Shown: positions 46,345 to 57,079, counted from the first letter of the stretch. The stretch is DNA of 64,000 bases from Patescibacteria group bacterium (GCA_038065035.1 JBBTRV010000003.1:346-64345); one strand, 5' to 3'. Numbers and translations: made by a program. Notes: a model not told the origin generated them from the letters alone.

Positions 46345-48675
46345 TTAATTAACGCTTAGATTTTGAGGCGCGGAAGGCGGAGCGGTGTCGGTCAGGCGGG
46401 TAAGATAGAAGTAATCCAATCTTGTATTTGATTCCCTGCCTCTTAAAGCAAGAGTATGAGCTCCTGAAGAAAGAGTAAGCGTATAAGGGTCGTATTGGGG
46501 ATTGTCAAATGTGCCGGTTCCTCTTTTGGCAAGGTCATCTTCCCGCCAGACGCTATATTCGCCTGGAGAGGCGGTTGGGTTCAAATCCCATATATCTTCA
46601 GGGGAATTGTCTATTTGAAAGTAAAAGGAATCAGTTCCTCCGTTCTGGGCGAAAACTCTGGCAATGATTTTGTAAGCGCCTGCGGCGCTTACTGAAAAGC
46701 TGCAGGTTGCGGTTCCTGATTCTAATATTGAGGTTTGAATATATTGATTATTAGAAGCAAGAGAATCTGATACTATCTGCATAGGCGAAGCCAGAATACA
46801 AGATTCAGCTTCATAAGAAGAAGATGAAGAGATTAGAAAGGTGGTAGCTTGGGCTGATGTTGATTGATTTGAATTATTGCCTGCCGCGTCATAGGCGGAA
46901 ACAGTGTAGGTGTATGAAGTGGAAGGAGAAAGATTGGTGTCACTATATGACAATTGACCAGTGACAGTTGACAATTGACTGCTATCACGAAAGATTCTAT
47001 AGCCAAGAACTCCTACGTTATCTGTGGAAGCAATCCAGGATAGGTTGATTTGGGAGGAGGATATTGGAGTAGCAGAAAGATTGGTGGGAATTGAAGGCGA
47101 TGTGGTGTCTAAGGGAGGCGGACCAGAAACGAGATACTCGTAGGCGCCGATGTCCCAGGCGGCGCCTTGAGGACGGGATGTCCCGAAATAATCATCAGAG
47201 AATATTCCGGTTCCTGGGTCAGTAAGACCACCATTCAGCACAGGAGACGGAGAAGATGACGTTAATCGTAATCCTGCTACCCAGTTTACAAATAAACTAT
47301 CAAAAGTTGGGGTAATCGAATCAAATAGCGGATCACCATAACCGCCTTGTAACTCTTTGCCATCAGCCTGAACTTGAGCAAAATTCCTGTTTGTCTCCCA
47401 AATTCTATCTGAATATCTATAATAATTATAATTTAGGATAGTAGATGAATATGGCCCCATCTTAATGGTGCCCCAGTCGACTGCCTGTTTATACCCACAC
47501 GGATTTGCGTTAGAGGGCCAAAAAATATTATTCCTAATATCTATATTACTGTATGGGCCTCCCCCCACTGAAGTAAAAGTAATACTCTTATAATAACCGT
47601 AAAAAATATTATTATAAACATTCGTGTAAGATATTAAAGTACCATAAGTAGAGAAAGCTAACTGTCCGGTAATCCCACAGTTTGAAGAGGCGGAAGTTTT
47701 TAAAGGAGAATAAAAAACATTGTTATAAATATTATTATGATCGGGAGTTTTTGCGGCCGGATTATTGGTATGTATAAACAACATTTGATTATTACCGTCA
47801 AATGTTCCTTCAAAAAAATTATTGTAGATATTATTATAATCGTCATTGATAGTAAGCATATCTGCCGAATTTATTCCAGTCCATCCTGAAGCAAAGTGGT
47901 TATTGTAAATATCAGTATATTTTATTTGACCTGTCATTAAATCACAGGCCTCTCGTTCCGCAGTTATACAACTATCGTGCAGATAGTTATCATGTACTTT
48001 ATTCCTACCATAACCTAATGTTGTAGCATAGAGCAAAATTATCCCACCATCATTGTCATGATTAACGCTATTCCCATTCTTGTAAAACTCAGAATTTGCT
48101 ATTTCTACGTTATTGGAAAACCCACTTTCTTTGCCAAATATAACGCCAGTTGCATAGAAATGGTGGAATGTAATATATCGGATTACAATACTGTGAGTAG
48201 ACGTGCCATTGCCAAATATCCCATAACTCGCAACCGAATTACCATCAAGAATAAATTTTGTTTTATCAGTACCATCAAATACAAGATTATTCTTGTTATT
48301 AACATTAAATATAGTTTCTCCGCCTGCCCCATCTATAGTTACGATTCCATCATAACCATCACTCCACCCTGTAGCCGACCCATGTTCGGCAATCACAGCC
48401 CTCTTAATCGTTATGGGGTTACCAGCACTCCCTGAGACAGTGAAGGTATAGTTCCCCGTATAAGTTCCAGCAGCAATATAGACGGTATCTCCTGCCGCTA
48501 TACCTGAAATGTTGTTGATATCATCCCAAGCATTTGTCCAACTTGAACCATTACCATTTGATCCTTTCCTGATATACCAATTTGCCGCCTCTGCGCTCTC
48601 CGTACCAAACACAAACATTATCAGAAGCATGCCTGCGAATAGAAAAACTTTTAATTGAATTGATTGGTATTTCAT
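46345..48675 (-). CDS. secreted right-handed beta-helix / FN3 / CBM-like surface protein, paralog B
   Basis: 776 aa; signal peptide, pectate-lyase-like beta-helix repeats (NN.F, YNN.F), FN3 (...PSIPTNLSATPISSSQINLSW...), CBM-like C-terminal domain and the tail ...TAPPSAPQNLSVN. Confidence 0.7.
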   Translation of the reverse strand: MKYQSIQLKVFLFAGMLLIMFVFGTESAEAANWYIRKGSNGNGSSWTNAWDDINNISGIAAGDTVYIAAGTYTGNYTFTVSGSAGNPITIKRAVIAEHGSATGWSDGYDGIVTIDGAGGETIFNVNNKNNLVFDGTDKTKFILDGNSVASYGIFGNGTSTHSIVIRYITFHHFYATGVIFGKESGFSNNVEIANSEFYKNGNSVNHDNDGGIILLYATTLGYGRNKVHDNYLHDSCITAEREACDLMTGQIKYTDIYNNHFASGWTGINSADMLTINDDYNNIYNNFFEGTFDGNNQMLFIHTNNPAAKTPDHNNIYNNVFYSPLKTSASSNCGITGQLAFSTYGTLISYTNVYNNIFYGYYKSITFTSVGGGPYSNIDIRNNIFWPSNANPCGYKQAVDWGTIKMGPYSSTILNYNYYRYSDRIWETNRNFAQVQADGKELQGGYGDPLFDSITPTFDSLFVNWVAGLRLTSSSPSPVLNGGLTDPGTGIFSDDYFGTSRPQGAAWDIGAYEYLVSGPPPLDTTSPSIPTNLSATPISSSQINLSWIASTDNVGVLGYRIFRDSSQLSTVTGQLSYSDTNLSPSTSYTYTVSAYDAAGNNSNQSTSAQATTFLISSSSSYEAESCILASPMQIVSDSLASNNQYIQTSILESGTATCSFSVSAAGAYKIIARVFAQNGGTDSFYFQIDNSPEDIWDLNPTASPGEYSVWREDDLAKRGTGTFDNPQYDPYTLTLSSGAHTLALRGRESNTRLDYFYLTRLTDTAPPSAPQNLSVN

Positions 48676-48693
48676 TTAGTTATTATTTAATTA

Positions 48694-50958
48694 TTATTGC
48701 ACCGCTAAACCTGTCGGCGGAGAAGGCGGAGTGATGTCTAAATTAATTGAAGGAACTTGATTAAGGTCGCTAGTAAGAAAGAGAGTATCAGTTCTGGCAT
48801 TAATCTCTCCATGGCCAATTTGGAAGGTATGGATACCAGAATTCAAAGAAAATCCGTTATTACTTGAACCCTCTGATGTTTCTATCCTTATCCACTGGTA
48901 AGAATTTAAACTCGGAGGATAAACTCTATCCCATGAAGAATCAATGCCAATATATAAAGCGTCACTAAGGTTAGTGGCTCCGTAAATGCGAGCCCATAAA
49001 TAATAGGTGCCAGATTGAGAAATTGTAAAATTCAAAATAGCTTCTGGCTGAGGGTTAGTTGAATCAATGCCCGTAGGAACATGGATATATTGTCCTTTAG
49101 AGGCATTATTATCACTAGAGATAACCATTGGAGAAATTAAATTCATACTTTCTGCTTCATAGTATTGGGAAAAGAAAACTGCAGCTTGTGTTGTTGCTTG
49201 GGCTGATGTTGATTGATTTGAGTTATTGCCTGCCGCGTCATAAGCGGAAACTGTGTAAGTATATGAAGTGGAAGGAGAAAGATTGGCGTTGGAATAGGAA
49301 TTAGCTGAAGAAGTGGCGATTTGAGAACTGTTTCTGTAGATGCGATATCCTGTTACTCCTACATTATCTGTTGAAGCAGTCCAGGATAGGTTGATTTGTG
49401 AAGAAGAAATGGCTTGAGCGGTGAGATTGGCGGGAATTGAAGGCGGAGTGGTGTCCGGCTGAGGACCGGAAGCTATGTATTCATACGCGCCGATGTCCCA
49501 TGCCGAACCTTGAGGGCGGGATACTCCGACTTTATCCGTAATAAATACACTCGACAAATCTATACCTCTATTTAGCGGAGGATTAGGACTGGAAACTGTC
49601 AAATTAAATCCATTCTCATCTGATATGTTATTAAAGAGCGGGTCACCCTCACTACCATTTGTCTCCCATCCCCAACTGCTTCGCATTCCACTCAAATTTC
49701 TATTACTTGTACTCGGCATATAAGCATGGTCAGTCCCAATAGAGGCATAATAATAATTATAATCCACGTTCAATGATGACGCTATATTATCTTCAAGATA
49801 AATTTTAGCTGCCGCAAAACCCGATTTGAATATATTATTCTTGATTTGAATATTTGAAATATTGGCTGCAAGATTTGATGTTCCGAATCGAATATTATAC
49901 CATTGCCCGTACATTGTATTATTGTAAATGTACAGCCCTGAAATATCACTATTAGGATAGCCGCCATCACCAAAATAGTTAATGTTTATAGCAACAGATG
50001 AGCCTGCTGTGGCGACCGGCCTGTAAAACAAATTATTATAAATATAAGTGTTTGTAATATCGCCGCCTGAACCCGATATAAATATGTTTTGATTCCCATT
50101 GCTTGAACCACCAACAAACGAATTATTATAGATATATCTATTTGACCCACCTCTTATAGATATTCCATCAGCAGAATTTTCAGTTTCCCAACCAAAATCT
50201 ATTATATTATTATAAATTTTAATGTAGGATGAACCAGCTGTGACTATAGAATCAATTTTTTCAGGACTACTATTTGTATAACCTGGATCATGAAGATAAT
50301 TGTTTGCAATAATATTATTTCCATTTGCTCCTGAAACACCGTTATAGATTAATAGGCCATCAACATCTTCCTGACCATCATAGCCACATTTAAATATTGT
50401 AGAATTTAATACTTCCATACCACCTGTGGCTGACTTAAATCTTACACATCCTTGTTCCATGTCATTAATTGTAACGTTAGTTATAACAATATCATAACTA
50501 CCACTATTAGAATTGATACCATATAAAGGTCTACGACCACTTTCACCATAAATTAAGAATTTAGTTTTATCCACACCATCAATAGTTATAGTGTTGCTGG
50601 ATGTTAATACGAATGAGGCATTGACTACATTAGCAGATTTAATATTTACTATGCCGTCATAACTTACATTCCACCCCGTGTCCGAACCGTGTTCACTTAT
50701 GGTTGCCCTCTTTAATGTCCAGCCACTGCTATTGGAAGTATAACTCCCCGCATAATCACCAGCGGCTATATATACAACATCCCCCGACGTTATTCCCGAA
50801 ATATTATCGATGTCAATCCAGGCATTAGCCCAATCCGTGCCGTTATTAACCCCAGTAGCTCCGGCTCTTACATAACGATTAGCGGCTGAAGCTAATGAAG
50901 GATGGAATAATAGCAGAAACAAAAAAATGGATATCGTGATAAATATTATTTTCTTCAT
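48694..50958 (-). CDS. secreted beta-helix / FN3 / CBM-like surface protein, paralog C
   Basis: 754 aa; same architecture as paralog B; tail ...TPPSPPTGLAVQ. Confidence 0.7.
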   Translation of the reverse strand: MKKIIFITISIFLFLLLFHPSLASAANRYVRAGATGVNNGTDWANAWIDIDNISGITSGDVVYIAAGDYAGSYTSNSSGWTLKRATISEHGSDTGWNVSYDGIVNIKSANVVNASFVLTSSNTITIDGVDKTKFLIYGESGRRPLYGINSNSGSYDIVITNVTINDMEQGCVRFKSATGGMEVLNSTIFKCGYDGQEDVDGLLIYNGVSGANGNNIIANNYLHDPGYTNSSPEKIDSIVTAGSSYIKIYNNIIDFGWETENSADGISIRGGSNRYIYNNSFVGGSSNGNQNIFISGSGGDITNTYIYNNLFYRPVATAGSSVAININYFGDGGYPNSDISGLYIYNNTMYGQWYNIRFGTSNLAANISNIQIKNNIFKSGFAAAKIYLEDNIASSLNVDYNYYYASIGTDHAYMPSTSNRNLSGMRSSWGWETNGSEGDPLFNNISDENGFNLTVSSPNPPLNRGIDLSSVFITDKVGVSRPQGSAWDIGAYEYIASGPQPDTTPPSIPANLTAQAISSSQINLSWTASTDNVGVTGYRIYRNSSQIATSSANSYSNANLSPSTSYTYTVSAYDAAGNNSNQSTSAQATTQAAVFFSQYYEAESMNLISPMVISSDNNASKGQYIHVPTGIDSTNPQPEAILNFTISQSGTYYLWARIYGATNLSDALYIGIDSSWDRVYPPSLNSYQWIRIETSEGSSNNGFSLNSGIHTFQIGHGEINARTDTLFLTSDLNQVPSINLDITPPSPPTGLAVQ

Positions 50959-50963
50959 ATATT

Positions 50964-53357
50964 TTATTGTACCACCAATCCTGTCGGCGCGGCAGGCGGA
51001 ATAATATCAGCTGTTATTTTCTTTAATATTATCTGGTCAAGCCAGGTGTTGGATTCTCTTCCGTAAAAGGTGAAAGAATGGGTTCCTTGAGAAAGGTTAT
51101 AGGTTATTGGGTCGAATTCGGAGATGGGCGGATTGCCTGTTTGGCCGTTGCCCCATTTGGAAACTTCGTCCCAGACAAAGCCGGCAATTAACGGGAAGAT
51201 GTTATAGGTGTATAAAATATTTCCTTGGGCTGGTTCATTGTCTAATCCGACAAAGAAAGAGTTCTGGCCTCCGTCGTTGTTGGAATTTACTCTGGCTTCC
51301 AGCTTGTATTGGCCGGCTGTTTGGATATCAAAGGTGAATTTTACTGAACCAGTGTTATCTATGGTTGTATAGATATAGGTATCTGAACCCGATGTCCCGG
51401 TCTGCATTGAGGTCAATTGCCCTCCTTCGACCTGGATGTATTGTTCGGGGAGGAAGGTTTGAACCGGAGCGTTGTATTCATCGTTATCTGTTGATGAAGA
51501 ACAGCCGGGGTCACTTGGATAATCTGTCAAGCCGTCAGAATCATTGTCTGTTCCGTCTGAACATTGGTAGGTGACAGGTGGATTACTTACATTGAGAAAT
51601 CTGTCTTTGGCCGGAATGCTTGCGGCATATCCTGCTACATCAGGACCTATCGGCGGCCATGGCTGGCTTCCCCACCAGGAGGGCTTGGATGAAAGATATA
51701 ATGAGGAAGGAAGCGTCTGGTTAGCAGTCCCTCCTTGACATCCCGGTTCACCCGCATCATTACATATCTTAGTCGTATTCGTAAAATAGTCGTAGTTCAT
51801 GTGACGGAGCATAGTTGTTTTCACACTTGCGTCATTGCCATAGGGATTCCAGTCGCCTCCATTTATATATCCTAGTTTATATATACTTTTCGCTCCAGGA
51901 TAAGCAAATGTGTCATTTTCCAATTCATAAATATTTTCAAATCCTGGCGTCCCTAAAACATTCCCCAAAACATTATAATAATGTTGATTTTTAAATATAT
52001 CTAATCCCCAAGTTCCGTATGTTTTACTTATATCAGTTATAAGGCGATTTCGAAAAATAGTATTATGGCTGGAGCTTCCCCAATACCAATCAGAAGTAAA
52101 TTTATCCTCCACCCAATTCCCTTCCCAAAGATTCATCATTGGATGAGCGCCATGATTACCTATCATTGAACGACTCCATGTAACGTCAGTGTAATACAAA
52201 GTAGTTCCATAATTATATGCCAGCACATTACCTGACGCATTACCTTCCAGAAAGATACCTATACTTAAATGATAAAGCTGATTATCTTCAATTAAATTTG
52301 CAGAAGCCCAAGGATTCAACCAAATTCCATATGCGTGAGATGGGCCATATTGAGACCCTATAATAGGGGTTGCAGGAACCCCCTCATGGAACTTAGAGCC
52401 TCTGATTGTATTACGGTAGCCTCCATACATCCTAACTGCTTGATTAACAGAGCCTATTCCCTCAACTGACTTCAGCCAAGAATTGGAAGCCATCGCTATA
52501 TAGATTATTTGTTGTCTACCGCTAATGCTATTATCCACAGTTAAATCCTCAATACCCGCATTGTTTGTTGCGCCATTAATTTTAACGCCTTGCGGCGCTT
52601 TGGATAGGTCATAATTCCAATAAAGCGGTATTTCAAGTGTTGCAGTTGTGGGTGTGACTGATATTATCTTGTTAAGTTGCCCTATTGGCCTTGTTCCGTT
52701 TAAACGGCCACACCATGTGCAAGTTCCACTATCGCCTGCTGTTGTTATTGGCGGATCTCCAGTCGGGTCCACTAATTGATCTATAAGAATAATATCACCC
52801 GCACTCCAACCATGCGCTGACGATGTTATAATTGTCATAGATCCCTTAGTTATACCACCAGAAATATTTACGGCAGCGGGAGTGCTTAAATCCCATGAAT
52901 AAGATCCGCTTCTAATAGACATAACAAAATTTCCGGAAAAACCAGAAACTCCCTTTATTGTAGTAACCCCCATTCCTGCCCCACGAACAACTACATCTGA
53001 TTTAAGCGCTATAGTATTTGAAACCAGATATGTTCCGGCGGGAAGATAGACAACTTGATTTGCAGGACAACTACTTATAGCCGTATTGATAGCCAAAGTT
53101 GCATCCGTTGTGCCATTGCCATAGGTAGCCGCATCAATAGTTGCGCATCTTACGGTCCTGTTTGGTATATCACCACTCACCCCAACATTCCCCTGCCACA
53201 GAACTACTCGGTCAGCAGGAATAGAATAAACTGTTTGCGCTAAAACCGGCTTTTCATTTATGAAATACAAATATCCGGCAATGCTGATTATTGCTGTAAT
53301 TAAGAAGGATATTGTTACTAATATGAATCTTTTGGAGAGTATATTTTTAAATGGCAT
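50964..53357 (-). CDS. secreted beta-helix / CBM-like surface protein with Ca-binding DxDxDG motif, paralog D (start MPFKNILSKRF at 53357)
   Basis: The ORF track extends to 53441 and would overlap relE. The internal start aligns with the paralog E N-terminus (MPSKRFLFLVISFLITAIISIAGYLYF). C-terminal domain YQCSDGTDNDSDGLTDYPSDPGCSS...; tail ...IIPPAAPTGLVVQ. Confidence 0.7.
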   Translation of the reverse strand: MPFKNILSKRFILVTISFLITAIISIAGYLYFINEKPVLAQTVYSIPADRVVLWQGNVGVSGDIPNRTVRCATIDAATYGNGTTDATLAINTAISSCPANQVVYLPAGTYLVSNTIALKSDVVVRGAGMGVTTIKGVSGFSGNFVMSIRSGSYSWDLSTPAAVNISGGITKGSMTIITSSAHGWSAGDIILIDQLVDPTGDPPITTAGDSGTCTWCGRLNGTRPIGQLNKIISVTPTTATLEIPLYWNYDLSKAPQGVKINGATNNAGIEDLTVDNSISGRQQIIYIAMASNSWLKSVEGIGSVNQAVRMYGGYRNTIRGSKFHEGVPATPIIGSQYGPSHAYGIWLNPWASANLIEDNQLYHLSIGIFLEGNASGNVLAYNYGTTLYYTDVTWSRSMIGNHGAHPMMNLWEGNWVEDKFTSDWYWGSSSHNTIFRNRLITDISKTYGTWGLDIFKNQHYYNVLGNVLGTPGFENIYELENDTFAYPGAKSIYKLGYINGGDWNPYGNDASVKTTMLRHMNYDYFTNTTKICNDAGEPGCQGGTANQTLPSSLYLSSKPSWWGSQPWPPIGPDVAGYAASIPAKDRFLNVSNPPVTYQCSDGTDNDSDGLTDYPSDPGCSSSTDNDEYNAPVQTFLPEQYIQVEGGQLTSMQTGTSGSDTYIYTTIDNTGSVKFTFDIQTAGQYKLEARVNSNNDGGQNSFFVGLDNEPAQGNILYTYNIFPLIAGFVWDEVSKWGNGQTGNPPISEFDPITYNLSQGTHSFTFYGRESNTWLDQIILKKITADIIPPAAPTGLVVQ

Positions 53358-53388
53358 ATTATTAATAATAACATATATTGCAACAAAC

Positions 53389-53649
53389 CTAAGAATATAA
53401 TTGATTATGCATTCCAATTGCCACAAAAACGCATTCGCCATTATTTATAAGCTTATAAATAGCTCTTAAATCGCCGCTAATATTAATACTCCTATAATCT
53501 AAATATTTTCCCTTGAGGGGGTGATTATTAAGGAGTTGGTCGTAAGGATTGTCTAAAAATAATCTTAGCCTTTCTCGCGCTTTTAGCTTTTGTCGAGCGC
53601 TTAATAGTTTGTATTGCTTGTCAAAATTCTTATGAAAATAAATTTTCAT
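53389..53649 (-). CDS. relE: RelE/ParE-family toxin (type II TA)
   Basis: 86 aa; ...LKGKYLDYRSINISGDLRAIYKLINNGECVFVAIGMH... RelE/YoeB fold signature. 4-nt overlap with the upstream antitoxin. Confidence 0.75.
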   Translation of the reverse strand: MKIYFHKNFDKQYKLLSARQKLKARERLRLFLDNPYDQLLNNHPLKGKYLDYRSINISGDLRAIYKLINNGECVFVAIGMHNQLYS

Positions 53650-53921
53650 AAAGAGGCCAAATGTGAATCTAATCCTTTTTTTGAAAAAATCGGCTTGGAG
53701 ATATTTCGATTATTTTTAATATCGAATTCAATCCTTCCCAGAAGTTTTTCTAATTCCGGAGACATTTTAGAAACAGTGCTGAAATAAACTTCCTTATTTC
53801 TGACAAATTGTTTTAAGTAGGCGTTAACAATTGCGCTTAACGATAATCCTAAATCAGCAGCTATCTTCTTCGCTTCTTTTTTAACGTCTTCGTCTGTTTT
53901 AACGTTAATTACTGTCTTCAT
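53646..53921 (-). CDS. relB: RelB/DinJ-family antitoxin (ribbon-helix-helix)
   Basis: 91 aa; N-terminal MKTVINVKTDEDVKKEAKKIAADLGLSLSAIVNAYLKQ RHH pattern. Confidence 0.7.
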   Translation of the reverse strand: MKTVINVKTDEDVKKEAKKIAADLGLSLSAIVNAYLKQFVRNKEVYFSTVSKMSPELEKLLGRIEFDIKNNRNISKPIFSKKGLDSHLASL

Positions 53922-53983
53922 ATAACTAAAGTATATATGATAGTTATTCTATGTCAATGGACTTTTATATTTTCATTTATATT

Positions 53984-56428
53984 TTACTGCACTTGCAAAT
54001 TTTGAGGCGCGCTGGGAGGAACAATATCAGCAGTTGCTGATACAAGCCTTATCTGGTCAAGCCAAGTATTGGATTCTCTGCCATAGAAGGTGAAAGAATG
54101 GGTTCCTTGGGTGAGATTCCAGATCATTGGGTCGAATTCGGAGATGGGCGGATTGCCTGTTTGGCCGTTGCCCCACTTGGAAACTTCGTCCCATATAAAG
54201 CCAGTGCTTGTAGGAAAATGATATGCATACAAATTATTTCCCTGAGCTAATTCATTATCTAATCCGACAAAGAAAGAGTTCTGGCCGCCGTCATTGCTGG
54301 AATTCACTCTGGCTTCCAGCTTATATTGGCCGGCTGTTTGGATATCAAAGGTGAATTTTACTGAACCAGTGTTATCTATGGTTGTATAGATATAGGTATC
54401 TGAACCCGATGTCCCGGTCTGCATTGAGGTCAATTGCCCTCCTTCGACCTGGATGTATTGTTCGGGGAGGAAGGTTTGAACCGGAGCGTTGTATTCATCG
54501 TTATCTGTTGATGAAGAACAGCCGGGGTCACTTGGATAATCTGTCAAGCCGTCAGAATCATTGTCTGTTCCGTCTGAACATTGGTAGGTGACAGGTGGAT
54601 TACTTACATTGAGAAATCTGTCTTTGGCCGGAATGCTTGCGGCATATCCTGCTACATCAGGACCTATCGGCGGCCATGGCTGGCTTCCCCACCAGGAAGG
54701 TTTAGAGGTAAGATAATATGAAAAAGGAAGCGTATGGTCATTTCCATCATTCCATATAATAGAATTAGTTACATAATCATAATTGCCATGTCTTATTGTG
54801 GTAGATTCGCTTTTGGAATCCCAATAAGTAGGGTTATTATCACACATATAACCGTATTGGTAGCCAAATATATAAATTGCTGTCCCAGAATTAGTACAAT
54901 TTGACCCATTTGCTTCATACACATACGGAAAACCCGAATATCCAAGCACATTACCTATAAAATTATGAAGCCGTGACCCTTTTTCAATATAAAAACTAGA
55001 TATAGATTGAGTCTTTGCCGTATCTTGTGGTTCTCCATTTGCTCTTAGATAATTTCTAAATACAGTAAAATGTGATTCAGTTCCGTGAATTTGATCTGCC
55101 CCAACCTCTGTCCCCCAGTTTCCTTCCAATAAATTCATCCATGCGTGGGATGCATGTTGTGAAGCAAATGATTGAAGCCAAGTACTGGGAACTGTGTATT
55201 TGATAAAGTGGGCATAATTATATGCAGCCACATTTCCGCTGGAGGAGCCTCCAAACATAAGTGCCGTCATTGTTTTATCGAATATATTATTCTCAATAAG
55301 TGTTCCACTTGTCCATTGGTCCATCTCTATCCCATAATTACTTGATGTGAATGTCAACGAATCGTGTAAGTAACTGTCTCTTAACTCATTATAGAGACTG
55401 CCGTATCTTGTCCAAATGAATCGTGATGCAGCATTGCTCATCTCAAGATTTTTCATCCAGATATTGCGTCCAGCTGTCACATGCACCATAGTATAAGCCC
55501 CATTTGGAGGAGCAACACCATTATCTATAGTCATATCTTCAATTCCTATATCTTTAGCAATATCACTACTTTTAATTACTGAAAATTGCGGGCTGGACAT
55601 AGTGCCGTATGCCGCATAAAGGGGAGGATTTACAGTAATTATATTACCATTTTTCCCTATAACCTCAACCGTCTGTCCTAAAGACCTGCAAGTTGCCCCA
55701 GAACTGCAACAAAATCCATAGCCTGAACTTGCACCTTCTTGCCCTATATTTGTCGCCTGTACCCATAAATCCTGGTTGGGATCATTATTATTTAAAACAT
55801 TTATAATTCCCTGATCTCCAATAGCAATAAATGAGGCATCTGTTAAAGTAATACTTATTGAACCTTTCGTTCCCCCACTTGTGATATTCTGAACATATCC
55901 TGCTGGCGCTTGTGTTTGAGGACAAAAGTTAGGATTTACGAATTGACCAAACGATGCCGTTGGGTCAGAGCCTATATCTATCGCTCTTGACCAATAACCA
56001 GAAATATATGATTTTATTGTAGTTACACCAGGGCCAGCTCCACGAAGCGTTATAGATTTTCCTTTTGGAATCAATATTTTTGAATTAATCCTATAAGTTC
56101 CTGCCGGTAGATAAACTGTCTGCCCGTTTGGACAGTTGATAATTGCGTTATTAATAACATTAGTAGCGTTTGTTGTGCCATTTCCATAGATAGCTACATC
56201 AATAGTTGCGCAAATTGTAGTTCTTGCAGGAATGCCACCGCGCTGAGATACCCCGACATTCCCCTGCCAGGTAATAATACGATTAGCAGGAATAGAATAA
56301 ACTGTTTGCGCCAAAACTATCTTCTGATTCGTAAAATACAAATATCCGGCAATGCTGATTATTGCTGTAATTAAGAAGGATATTACTAAGAATAAAAATC
56401 TTTTAGATGGCATATTTATATTTTTCAA
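53984..56428 (-). CDS. secreted beta-helix / CBM-like surface protein with DxDxDG motif, paralog E (alternative start MPSKRF at 56413)
   Basis: 814 aa; C-terminal ~200 aa nearly identical to paralog D, including a >=210-nt identical DNA tract; tail ...IVPPSAPQNLQVQ. Confidence 0.7.
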   Translation of the reverse strand: MKNINMPSKRFLFLVISFLITAIISIAGYLYFTNQKIVLAQTVYSIPANRIITWQGNVGVSQRGGIPARTTICATIDVAIYGNGTTNATNVINNAIINCPNGQTVYLPAGTYRINSKILIPKGKSITLRGAGPGVTTIKSYISGYWSRAIDIGSDPTASFGQFVNPNFCPQTQAPAGYVQNITSGGTKGSISITLTDASFIAIGDQGIINVLNNNDPNQDLWVQATNIGQEGASSGYGFCCSSGATCRSLGQTVEVIGKNGNIITVNPPLYAAYGTMSSPQFSVIKSSDIAKDIGIEDMTIDNGVAPPNGAYTMVHVTAGRNIWMKNLEMSNAASRFIWTRYGSLYNELRDSYLHDSLTFTSSNYGIEMDQWTSGTLIENNIFDKTMTALMFGGSSSGNVAAYNYAHFIKYTVPSTWLQSFASQHASHAWMNLLEGNWGTEVGADQIHGTESHFTVFRNYLRANGEPQDTAKTQSISSFYIEKGSRLHNFIGNVLGYSGFPYVYEANGSNCTNSGTAIYIFGYQYGYMCDNNPTYWDSKSESTTIRHGNYDYVTNSIIWNDGNDHTLPFSYYLTSKPSWWGSQPWPPIGPDVAGYAASIPAKDRFLNVSNPPVTYQCSDGTDNDSDGLTDYPSDPGCSSSTDNDEYNAPVQTFLPEQYIQVEGGQLTSMQTGTSGSDTYIYTTIDNTGSVKFTFDIQTAGQYKLEARVNSSNDGGQNSFFVGLDNELAQGNNLYAYHFPTSTGFIWDEVSKWGNGQTGNPPISEFDPMIWNLTQGTHSFTFYGRESNTWLDQIRLVSATADIVPPSAPQNLQVQ

Positions 56429-56449
56429 TATCTATATCTATTTTAATTT

Positions 56450-57079
56450 CTAAGATACTTTTTCAATTAAAAGCATATGTGCCTTTTTTAAAATATCTTT
56501 TTTTGCTTCTTCCCATTCTAATGGCTCTATCATGCGCGGCATTGGCTCATCATCCGCATCAGAAAAATACGTCAGACTCTTTAATATATGCAGACGATTA
56601 TATTTAACTCCTCTGTATTTTTTTTCAAAAAATTTAATAAGTTCAGAAAGAGAATACTTTTTAAGAAGAAAATAAAGGTCAATAAAATCTTTTTTGCTTC
56701 CCCGAGACGATATAGCATCAATTTTCATAGACGCGATATCCCGTTCATCTGCTAATTGAATATTTTCAAAATTTATCAAAGAAAAAAGCAAATTATGTTT
56801 ATATCTTAAAAAACTTACTTTCACTTTATCGAGCGTACCATGAATCGTGCCTTCTGCTTCGCTGTTTAAAACAAAAACGCCAAGTTCAGATAATATCTCC
56901 TTGATTTCAGAATTTGAAAAATCTTTCTTAGAAAACCAGTCAAGATCTATTGATTTTCTATGTCCGAGTTCAATAGCCAGGGCGGTTCCGCCTGCTAGAT
57001 AAAACTGATTACGTAGCGGCGTTGTTGCTATCTTGTCAAAAACGCGCTTTGTTTGTTTATTGATTGTTTTTGAATGCAT
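56450..57079 (-). CDS. AbiEii/AbiGii-family nucleotidyltransferase toxin (type IV TA)
   Basis: 209 aa; ...NQFYLAGGTALAIELGHRKSIDLDWF... matches the nucleotidyltransferase motif of the AbiEii family. Confidence 0.7.
   Translation of the reverse strand: MHSKTINKQTKRVFDKIATTPLRNQFYLAGGTALAIELGHRKSIDLDWFSKKDFSNSEIKEILSELGVFVLNSEAEGTIHGTLDKVKVSFLRYKHNLLFSLINFENIQLADERDIASMKIDAISSRGSKKDFIDLYFLLKKYSLSELIKFFEKKYRGVKYNRLHILKSLTYFSDADDEPMPRMIEPLEWEEAKKDILKKAHMLLIEKVS

Noticed and set aside
51107-54591. Antisense ORFs 51107..51337, 51365..51574, 54382..54591, 53055..53243 inside the paralog genes
   Set aside because: They are non-coding by context (inside conserved sense-strand domains). Their duplication simply reflects the identical DNA of paralogs D and E, and is used above only as evidence of identity.
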